NCBI GenBank assembly: GCA_002633005.1
Contig: NMRA01000390.1
Location: forward strand, 83,544-147,543
Direction: 5' to 3'
Length of the DNA: 64,000 bases
DNA from: Phoronis australis
Lineage: Eukaryota > Animalia > Phoronida
Each line of letters begins with the position of its first letter. Position 1 is the first letter of the stretch. The position numbers were made by a program, and so were the translations under genes. Shown one piece after another: positions 14,501-26,500 of this stretch. Below the pieces are notes generated by a model that was not told where the DNA came from, did not search any database, and saw only the letters and a program-made list of their open reading frames with translations.

Positions 14501-17500
14501 TAAATTCACAATATCTTACAGTGCAAAACATTCATCCAAAATCACTCAGCATCTCCTTAAGACACATTTGATTACTTGCAAGCGATCAGTGGGCAACGTG
14601 ATAGTCAGATTGTACAGATGACAAGTAGCGACATCTGATGTCCAGCCAGACTGAATGAAGTTCTTATGCATGGCTAGCTAGGCAACATCATACCATAACA
14701 GATTAACGTACTGTGCTTTAGTCAATAGTAGGAGAAATGTGTCAGAGGTCATATAATACACAATGGATGTAAGTTTCAGAAGATGGCAGGAAGTAACTGA
14801 GCAAGAATACAAATTAATATCAAGGCCAACTACAGAGCATTCAAACAGATGATTGAACATTACCACTTCTACATCAAGTTGAACATCAAGCAGGCATGTT
14901 TTGACAAGAACCTACTGACAGCAATATAGGCAGGTACACTGACAATGTGTGGTCCCTGTCCCCCAGGCTGCACAGTCTGCCTCATAGTGTGTGGTCCCTG
15001 ACCCCCAGGTTCCACGGGCTGACTCACACTGTGTGATCCCTGCCTCCCAGGCTGCACAGGATGACTCACATTGTGTGGTCCCTGCCTTCCAGGTTGCAGA
15101 GGCTTCCTCACAGTGTGTGGTCCCTGCCCCCAGGCTACACAAGATGACTCACACTGAGTGGTCTCTGCCCCCCAAGCTGCCTCACACTGTGTGGTCTCTG
15201 CTCCCAGGCTGCCTCACACCGTGTGGTCTCTGCTCCCCAGGCTGCTTCACACTTTGTGGTCTCTGGGCCCCCAGGCTGCACAGGCTGCCTCAACCACTGC
15301 TTTATCAGTAGGAGGCTCATTACTACAGTGAGTGAGCAGTGACTAGGATTCATTCATAGCAATGCAGGGTGTCTACTACACGAGACAAGCTCAGATACTG
15401 TCTGGTAGGTTTTAACAAACATCAAGTGCAAAATACAAAATTAGTTGTTTATGTATTGGGTATTTCCAAGGCTCGATTGTGTTTAAACCTATCCTCGCAG
15501 GGAAAACTTATCACAACCACTCTCATGCTAACAGAGGGCAAGTCAACCTGCAAACTTTAAAAAAATAAAAATTAAATATGTCTGGCTGGAATGTTCAGAA
15601 ACTGATTTGTAACTAAATGAAGTTAAGCAGTTCACCACACCATGAGGTGATTACAATAACATTAGGTCATGACTAACAGAGCCAGTTGAACAAATGGCAA
15701 ACATCTCTTTCTAAAAACATCAATCAAATCTTATTGAAGAATAGGCAAATATAGCAGAAAGTAGGTAGAGGACTATATCTAAAACCTATGGGACTATATA
15801 TACATGTATGTATATGCATATCCTTGATTGAAAGCACGACTGTACTTTTTCTTATACAGCTTAACAATATTACTCGTTCAAAGTCTCATACAATCTCATA
15901 TCTTCAGACCTTATGAGCCAAGACATCAAGAGTCATAACATACAAACAAGTTAAAACATATTTTGAGGCAACATGTCTCATCACCACGAAATAAGTTAAA
16001 TGAACAAAGAGGGAGCGAAATAAACAGTAAAATAACTGGTAACAGCAAGTACAGGGGCATACAAGCAGAGAGGTAACAGTAGGTAGAGGGGCATACAAGC
16101 AGAGACTGAGGTAACAGTAGGTAGAGGGGCATAAAAGCATAGAGGTAACACCAGGTAGAGGGGCATACAAGCAGAGACTGACGTAACAGTAGGTAGAGGG
16201 GCATACAAGCAGAGAAGTAACAGGAGGTAGAGGGGCGTACAAGCAGAGACTGAGGTAACAGCAGGCAGAGGGGCATACAAGCAGAGAGGTAACAGTAAGT
16301 AGAGGGGCACACAAGCAGAGACTGAGGTAACAGTAGGTAGAGGGGCATACAAGCAGACAGGTAACAGGAGGTAGAGGGGCATAGAACCAGAGAGGTAACA
16401 GCAGGTAGAGGGGCATACAAGCAGAGAGGTAACAGGGGGTAGAGGGGCATAGAACCAGAGAGGTAACAGCAGGTAGAGGGGCATACAAGCAGAGAGGTAA
16501 CAGGAGGTAGAGGGGCATACAAGCAGAAAGTGTAAATGTATCACATATTCATTTCACCTCCTGCCTGATGAAGAGACATGTTGTCTCAAAATATAGCAAC
16601 TATTTCAACTTAGTTGTTTGTAACTATGTAGTGTCTCTTGATGTTTTGCTTCTTAACTGCATGTCTGAAGATATGACATAGAATAGGGACTATGCGCTTG
16701 TAAGCTGTCTAACACAAAGTACAGTAATAGTATTGTCAGCCAAGTCTGTGTGAATGAAGAGCTGCTACCCAAGTATATGTATATGCAATCATAATAATTT
16801 ACATATATGGTATATGTGAATGACAGGTGTAAGACAGTGTATGTTAACTTTGTGTAATTTATATGTATATAATTCATACTTTGGCTTAAATTTGGGTAGA
16901 GTAATCTTCATTGTTTGATGTGTACAAACAGCATCCATTTGATGATCTCACAAATTAAAATAATTGTATTTTTGGGTATAAACTTTACTAAATTCTGAAA
17001 AGACTTGGACAATGTTTGGAAACTGCATACTCCACAATGAAAACCAGTTGACATGAACAGACCCACTATAGTACAATTGCACTAGTCTCAGATACGGCTC
17101 ATCACCAGCTCAGGTGGGAGCAGTGCCACCTACCTCCATGATGGGGAATAAGTCAGCCAGAGCCTGGAACAGTGGTAGTAGAACAAACTTGATGAAGCCC
17201 ACCTGTGATGATGGTTTGTTCACCTTCTCACGGTCCATGAACGGAGCCACTGGCAGACCTTCCAACTTCTCAACGTCACTCTAGCAAGGAACAGTTAAAG
17301 GCCTCAGACAAATTATACTCAAAAGCTCACACATTTAATCCCATTGACAGTAACCACGGAAGGTTATAGTTCCGCCAAGTTCTTTTAAATAATATTTGAA
17401 CTGTTTCAAATAGACAAAGCCAGCTTATAACCTACCAAGCCTTGACAGGAGTTGAAAGTTTCACCCTTGATTCAGGTACAATACACTCCATGTCTTCTCA

Positions 17501-20500
17501 TAAGGACCCAACATGAGTGCAAAAGAATCTCAAGGCAGCAACATTTTGACTGGAACTTATGTGTTGAGGTCACTAAATCAGAAATTTTAATCAAGTGTTA
17601 ACAGATTTGCTCAATGTGGGGCACGTTTCACTAAAATACTGAATAAAGCATTAGCCAAGTAAAGACGAGTCCATCACGGACTAAAAATAATTTACTTAAT
17701 TATCTCTGTCGGTATCCACAGTGTGGACGCTTAGCTAAATGCCAAGTTTTTTTGGCGACCTCGTAATGGCCAAAATCCCAGGTTGCCAAATGAAATCTGC
17801 GGTCACCAAACCAACTGAAAATCTCTGGCATTGAAATGAATTGCAAGGGTTCCTATCCAGCATCAAAATTTGTAGGTCAACCAGAAAATTAAACGTGGTG
17901 GAAATGCGCTGAATGGAACAATTCCGAATCAAAGGTAATAAATCTAGGAAAAATGTCAGTGGTTTAAAGTTTGGAAGTGAACACGAACTTTGAAACAAAT
18001 TTAGAGGAAATTTTTGTCTGACTTAAGATACTTGCAGTGGCCACTTCAAGGTAACTTGGAATTTTTTCCAGGTCACCAAACACAACCTCACCTGCAGGTC
18101 ACAAAACACAATCTGACCTGCAGGTCACCAAACACAATCTGACCTGCAGGTCACCAAATTGAGTGTTGAACCAGCAGTTACCTGTTTTCAGAGACTGCAT
18201 TTTTGCTCAAGTAAGATTTAATTGTTTTCAGAAATAGCTGTGTGGAGCGTAAGAATAAATTTTGGACTTTGCTCTTTAGTCAATTTTCATAAAATAGACA
18301 CCAGTAATTGCCGATTTAGTGCTGACAAGAACATACATATAAAAGGCATCACAGAGCCTACCTGGCGGAAAAACTCCTGCAGTAGACAATCAATCCAAGG
18401 CTCAGCTACTTCCATTGGACGACACTCATTGGAGACGTCTGCCACTTTGATTAATATCATCGTCAACTGAGTACAACAGAAAAATGAGCACAACATCAAA
18501 TACAGTACAACACCAAATACAGAAAGAAAGAGAAAACCATGGTGTCTGATCACATGACACTAGAGAACCCTACTGCCACCTCCCTACTGCCACCTACTGT
18601 TGAAGTACACTGTACCGCCACAGTAGCCAAAATGACAATGGACCATATTACCAGTTATAAAAAGCCACTCTTTACCAGTGGATAACATGAGTTATAAACT
18701 CATTTGTTAAGGTGACACCACTTTGTGAAAGGTAGCTAGTTTACTGACTGGCATGCTTAGAGTAATGCAGAAAATGTACAAAACTCATGTATCTACTACT
18801 TTTTGCGAATTTTTCTTACTTTAAGGATTGTCGAGGCCTGAAATAGCAGCGTGTCAGTCAGTATAATGGATTACTCTGAACCATTCAAAAGTATTGTGGG
18901 AGTTGAGAATAGATGACCACGTGTAAATTAGGCAGACGGACATGTGAAACGTAGGCAGACAACCACGTGACATGTAGACAGACGACTACGTGACATGTAG
19001 GTAGACAACCACGTGACATGTAAGCTACCTGATTGAAGAACTCTTGTAGCAAGCAGTCAATCCAGGGCTCTGCAACCTCCATTGGCCGAGCCTCATTCGA
19101 TATGTCCGAAACTTTCATTAACACCATCAGCAACTATATCATTATGGATAAACATACAGTAAAATTTCCGCAAACTGAAAAACTTTAGATTTTTTTTCAG
19201 AAATTATAAGTCCTATCTCTAATTTTGGAACATAAAGTATTCTTGGAGAGAGAAATGTTAATGAACAGTGTCAGACTTTGCTTCAAGGATTCAGTCTAAA
19301 ATAAAACTTTTTGAAAAAAAATTATTTTCCCAAAAGTGTGAATGTCCCAAACTGAAGACATTCATCAGGCATTTTTCTATAAATGAATACAATCAATCTG
19401 ACTACAAAGTTCGCAAAAGTAGTTTAAAAGCATAGTTAAGTGAAGTCAAAGCTACAAAATTGGAATAGGTTCGACAAAGGGAATTGTATAAAACTGAGAC
19501 TGCTGACTTGCTTCAATGAAACCATATAAAATCAAAGAAACCAAGACGACGTGTGTTTTGTGGCTTTAAGATTATTTCATCACCTAAAATTTGTTTCCAT
19601 TAAAACGATGAAAACCATCATTTTCCTTGTTTTGACAAGTGCCTACACTGTCAGCATCATTAAGCCTTCCATTATGCCACTGCATCACGAATTCAAAATC
19701 CCAAAAACCAGAAGAAAGAAGAAAAGAAAAAAGCGACTTCAGTTGTAAGTTTCTGAACTCTACGGACATGAGTGTGATGTATGAACGAACCAAGAGCTAG
19801 TGTTTCATGTCCACCAACACGTGAGATTTTTTGCACTAATGTGCCAAATCCGCACTTTTCCGATGTCCCACAAGAAAGTGAAAAGAGCCACAGCAAGGTC
19901 GCATAATAAGTTGGGACAACCACCACCAACGCAACACCACAAATGCAACACCACAAATGCAACACCACCAACGCAACACCACAAACGCAACACCACAAAT
20001 GCAACACCACAAATGCAACACCTCACAATTCCTTATTGTACCATTAACCATGGGAAAATGAGCAACAATATTTGATGACTTATCATACTAAACGCAAAAA
20101 TAGAGAAAGATAACTAGCGCTGTTATTGGTTGTCCCAATTTTACGGAGTACGTTTCGACCGCTAAGTGCTCGCAACTCGATATCAGCTAATTAACATATC
20201 ATCAGATAGTGTTTGCGGGTGTTTTAATTTGATATATGATTGACTGGTGGGGTTGTTTTTGGTGTTTTTGATGTAAAATTGGTGATTTCAAGCTCTTTAA
20301 AGACACTCTTTCCTTTATGTTCACCAACTTGAACACTAGAGTTTCAACAACTGAGAGGCGTCCCTAACACAGGAATATTTCATTTCTATGTATTTTCTTT
20401 TACTACTGACAATTCATATAAGGCCAATGCCGTTAAACTGCGGTGGCCATTTTGTTCATGCACACACCTCCATAAATTCAAAAATTATTTCGAGACTCCT

Positions 20501-23500
20501 GCATTTAATTTAAATGCAGAAAAGAATTGGAAAGAGCATAACAAAGATTTTCACCAAAGATGGACGAGCAAATGGTAGAAAGTTTCCAAATAAATAACGT
20601 TCTAAAAAAGAGTTCTCTCTCTCTGTATGGGTAGGACTGCTCTTTCTACCAACAGCTAGGGGATCTTTGCTGGAAGGGTCTCTCTCAAATGAGGGTCTCT
20701 GCCAGACAGGGTGTTCCTCTCTGCAAGTAGGGTCCTACATTTACTGTGGAGATTCTCAACAGTTATAGTGAGCATCTTCTCAGTAGGGTCCCTACCAGCA
20801 AGGGGTTCGGACAGTACACCACTACAGTCTGTGGTAGGTTAACTGTCTCTCAATAGAGGCTCTCCCTTCACAGTGAAGGCCTCTCTGTAGAAGGGGGTCT
20901 CTCCTCTCCACAGCGAGGATCTTGCTCTACAAGGTAGGGCCTCTCTCTACAGGGTAGGGTCTCTCTCTCTACACACAGAGTGCCTCTCTCTGAAAGGAGC
21001 CGCTCTTTGTCTCACTACAGATAGGTGACACTTACCTGTCCCCTGTGGTCTTTGTTACCAAAGTCAAAGTGTGGTACCATACTGCGAAAACTGCCTAGAA
21101 TCTCTGAGTGTTTAGCCATGTCTGTAGAAAGAATACACCTAAAAAGGATACCATACACAAATCATTCTTTGATATATTGTGTTTAAGATGGCCATGTTGC
21201 CAAACAAAGAATTCTGTTCTATATTAACAATTGTAATAGCAATAAACATAGAAAGGATCATGATAACTGACAGATATTAAAATTACAAAAGGCAATTTCT
21301 GATATAACATACATTAGGCGATATTAAACGATCTAGTTACAAATACACAGACAACACACACATAAACACAAAACACAGAAAGGTTATATCAATGAGCCTG
21401 TTATCAAGTAATTAAAATTTAAGTTTGCCATAAGATATCACAAAATTAATGAACGTGGATACTATATCTATTAGAAAAATATTCAGATGTAAGTTAAGTT
21501 GTAGCGAACCATGAAGTAAAAATGAAGGACATCGGCAACTAGGTAAGGTATTTCTTAGTAAATGAGGAGCAGATACAATTTAAACCTACCTAGTGCATGG
21601 CAAAATGTGATATCAAGTATTAGATAAACACCATACAATGATGCATAAACCGGGTGAAATCATACATGAGCATGAAATGTATTACCTTATCATTCCCTCA
21701 CGAATCTTTTTAAATATGTCTGTGGGAAGATTGCGAAATATGTTGCAGTTTGGCTTCTTTAGAATCTCAAATGCCACAGCACAATGGTGGTTTTCAAGGG
21801 GTGAAATATCGTTGTACCTGAGAGCGAGTTCTGTTCGAGCATTTATCTACAAAGCAATTCATTTCATTACAACACTGCAAAGGTTTAGTACCAAACAAAC
21901 TGTAGTTAATACATAAAATTTAATTACACTAAAACGCATACAAAAAGATTGACTCTTTAAACAATTTAGGACAACTGATAATACTAAAAAGGGCTTCTTG
22001 TAATATCTTTCAACCAGACTGGTGTACTGCTCCAGTTAACACAATATTTGTAATGGTCAAAGTGACAGAATGAGTGCAATTTAAGGCCATACCTGATATG
22101 CATTGTTGTACCCAGGATGGTCCAAGTCATGACTTATGGCTGACGTGAGTAGTATCAGAATGTCAAGGTCATCCAGATGACCTCGTAGGTCTAGTAACCA
22201 CGTTAACCCGTACATCTGTAGCAGGCATTAGGAGTTATGAACAGGCTGTGGCAAAGATAGCTTATTGCTCAACATTTTAAACGGGGTTTATTACCGTTGC
22301 ATGGCTATTAAATTTCTCATAATATTCAAACTGTAGGCTAATGCAACACCTAGGCAATTGGTTACCCAAGGCAGTAGCAAAACTGCAAGACAAAACCTAG
22401 CAGCAAAAATAGCTGGATTTAGCAGAAACTCTCTAACAACCACATCCTAATGGAGCTGTTTATTGTGAATTGCTCTTTGAACAAGTTACTAAGAGCAGTT
22501 ATTATGACTTACCATTTGTGAGACCATGAAGCAGTGTTTAAAGTTGTGGAACGGCACTTGATTGTAGTGAGAGTAGACTTCATACAACCAGTTGTGAAGG
22601 ACTTCCAGCTGAAACAACAAAAGACCTATGACAATACGTCAAAGGTGCTTGGCAGAGGTTACGGTAAAATTCCCAAATTTAGGACAGTCTCCCGCATTTC
22701 GGGCACCTAAATCCAACCCCAAATTAAATTTTTTTGATTCTGAAATTTGGGCCATGGTAGAATTTGGCATTCACCATATTTCTCAAATTTCAGACATGTT
22801 GATTTAGTGGCATTGGTCGTCATTCTCACATTTTGGACAGTGCGCTTTTTCGCATGAGGGAAGTTCATCAAGTAATGGTGATTATTTACACATCGTTTAA
22901 AACTGCCGCCAGCATAATGTATTGCCTAATGTTATCGATGTGGATAGTTTGTGTATATCTCGCACGTTTTCTTGGCAGTCGTAATCACCGACTCGAAATA
23001 TTTGCCATGCTTGATTGTGGTTTCACTATAGGTCTACAAATAAAATGTATGTTCTCAGACGTTCACATAATCGCCAGTGTCACGCTTTGTATTTGGATTA
23101 AAAGCCAATTAGTAAGCATCGGTGATGAGACCGTTGTGTTACCAAGTCAGATCCCAGGTTTATGGTTTTTCTGCGAACCTACGGTCCACTTACCATCCTC
23201 CCAGAGCCCAGACCTTCGCTATGCCATGCACTATCGGTGAAACGATATTCAGTGTCAAGTTAAAACAGATTTTATGAAAAGCAATCGTCCATGCCCTAGT
23301 TTGTCATGCAGTATACACTAAAAATGTTCATGTTGTAAATATATCTTTATGTCTCCCTTATTTGACATTCTATTTACTAGCCTATTTTGTATTCTACACG
23401 AAATGTTTGGAGTCTCTCGCAACAAGATTAAGAATTTTGAAGCCATCTAAAATAGAGTGTGAACCTAAGAATCTTTAGTCCAAGTTGCTCCATTTCCACC

Positions 23501-26500
23501 CATCCCCACACCCTTTCATGGGTCGTTTGACTCATGGTGGGCGATTTGTAAAATGAAACTTGGGCCTGTAGTGGAGATCGATCTAAATCCGCATCTATAG
23601 TTATTACGCGCATATCATGAATTCACAGACAGGAACTGAAGTCGCCAAATCAAGGAATAGTCGACAGCTGAAAATGAAATGAATGACAGAAATAAAACAA
23701 TTACCCGATGTTTTTTTCTTCTTTTTCGGGTCTGTTTACTTCTTGTAACATTTTGAGTGCGTTTTCTGATGTGTGTATCCGTGTGTGCGAGGAGATTTTG
23801 TGGCCACATAGAGTGCTTGTGATGATCAATGACAAAAAGGAGAAAAAATTTTCCAGGTGATGTGTGGTTTTACCCGAGTAGAGTTATGTGATGTATGGGT
23901 CTACCTGAGTAGAGTTATGTGATGTATGGTTCTACCTGAGTAGAGTTATGTGATGTATGGGTCTACCAGTAGAGTTATGTGATGTATGGTTTTACCAGTA
24001 GAGTTATGTGATGTATGGGTCTACCAGTAGAGTTATGAGAAAAAAACATTTTGTAACAATTACAAGAAACATATTTGATCATGAAAAAAACAAAACAATG
24101 ATAAAAAAGAGAGAAAAAAAGAAGGAACTGGAAGTCAAATAAGAGGAAGTAAAAACCAAAAAAGTGGATCCTTTTAACAGAGGAAAACTTTACCAAGAAG
24201 CATCTGTGGTCGCACTTGCCAAATGGAGCCCTGATCAGTTAAGAGCATCTTGCACAGAGCCAGTTAGTTTACACTAACCATTGTACACTAATCAAGAACA
24301 TCTTGTAGAGAGCCACTCAGTAGCAGAGTCTGAACACAAAGTTAATGAAAAAACGTAATCCCACTTGTATCTCAAGGTGTCCACTTGAGATGAGCACAGA
24401 AAGGTTTCAAAGTGGAGATCAATACTAAGTCATTTAATCAGGCCTGCTGCAGTAGTTATTCTGCGATACAATGAACTACAGATATAATGTAGTTCATGGG
24501 AAATGACTCAACTGATTGAAGTGGACTTGATGCTAATCACGTGAAAATTCTAACATTTCCCTTAACAACCAACAAAATTGTCATAATGGACTTTCTAAGC
24601 TGAAATAAACTAAATTGAACAAAGAACAAGTCAAGAAGAGACAGAGGTAGTGATATTTCAGTGGACTGAATGATGTTGTTAAAATTAACAAATTGTGTTC
24701 AGAGCTAGACAACACCTCTTTTATTCCTATGTAAATATAGTCACATTGATATTCTATTTCACATACAGCTAATCCCATACCAGGGTTTAGCAGACTCCAT
24801 TACAGGTCAGCTAGCCAAGTTCAAACAAGCTAACACTTAACATTATTTTAGTTCCACATTTGTCTATCTATACATCTACACAGAGTTGACAACAGCTAAC
24901 AACTGAGGGCCTTCCTAATGATTCACCCCCAAGTCCTTCCCATACCAATTAGTAAATCAACTAACAACTGTCAGAAGACAGTTATGTAACTTCCAAGAAG
25001 TAAAGGAGATCTAAGGGTCACAGACCAGGCAACATTTGTTTCCATCCACTGCCTCTGGACCAGAGTACAATGCATGCACAGTCAACATAGTTACAAGTGT
25101 TTCTATTAACCCATCGGTAAAATACACATTTAACTCAATGCAAGCATATCTGAGACGATACACACACAGTGACATAAATGCATTTTTTGAATTGGCTGCT
25201 TCCACTGATGTCTCATGAAATGTTGCCCGAGTTCATTGAAGCCATTGCATAGCAAGACACGATATGCATCTTCCACACAGCTATCATCACATGTCAAACA
25301 TAAACTGTTACCATATTCTACTTTCTCACACCACCTTTCCTTTCTTAAAACCTACAGTTGGAACAACATAACTCAGTTGAGGTCATGAAAAATGTCTAAT
25401 TTTGGTCAACTTCAGAACATCTTATCTCAGAGATGGCTGATCGGTTTCACATGAAACTACCAGATACCATGCTTTGTACAATGTTCTCCAAAACGCTGCT
25501 GGGAATATTGTTAAACGGAGACGATATTTATAAAACCGTAACAGCATTTTTGAGATTTATTGTGAACATTTATATCATACGGAATTTGGTAATGCTATTT
25601 AACTTGTTGCTTTGCNCACTTGAGATGAGCACAGAAAGGTTTCAAAGTGAAGATCAATACTAAGTCATTTAATCAGGCCTGCTGCAGTAGTTATTCTGCG
25701 ATACAATGAACTACAGATATAATGTAGTTCATGGGAAATGACTCAACTGATTGAAGTGGACTTGATGCTAATCACGTGAAAATTCTAACACTTCCCTTAA
25801 CAACCAACAAAATTGTCATAATGGACTTTCTAAGCTGAAATAAACTAAATTGAACAAAGAACAAGTCAAGAAGAGACAGAGGTAGTGATATTTCAGTGGA
25901 CTGAATGATGTTGTTAAAACTAAGTGACAAATTGTGTTCAGAGCTAGACAACACCTCTTTTATTCCTATGTAAATATAGTGACATTGATATTCTATTTCA
26001 CAACAGCTAATCCCATAGCAGGGTTTAGCAGACTCCATTACAGGTCAGCTAGCCAAGTTCAAAGAAGCTAACACTTAACATTATTTTAATTCCACATTTG
26101 TCTATCTATACATCTACACAGAGTTGACAACAGCTAACAACTGAGGGCCTTCCTAATGATTCACCCCCAAGTCCTTCCCATACCAATTAGTAAATCAACT
26201 AACAACTGTCAGAAGACAGTTATGTAACTTCCAAGAAGTAAAGGAGATCTAAGGGTCACAGACTAGGCAACATTTGTTTCCATCCACTGCCTCTGGACCA
26301 GAGTACAATGCATGCACAGTCAACATAGTTACAAGTGTTTCTATTAACCCATCGGTAAAATACACATTTAACTCAATGCAAGCATATCTGAGACGATACA
26401 CACACAGTGACATAAATGCATTTTTTGAATTGGCTGCTTCCACTGATGTCTCATGAAATGTTGCCCGAGTTCATTGAAGCCATTGCATAGCAAGACACGA

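Noticed and set aside
15904-16544. Three overlapping ~200-aa Cys/Leu/Pro-rich ORFs
   Set aside because: They are translations of a stop-free minisatellite strand.
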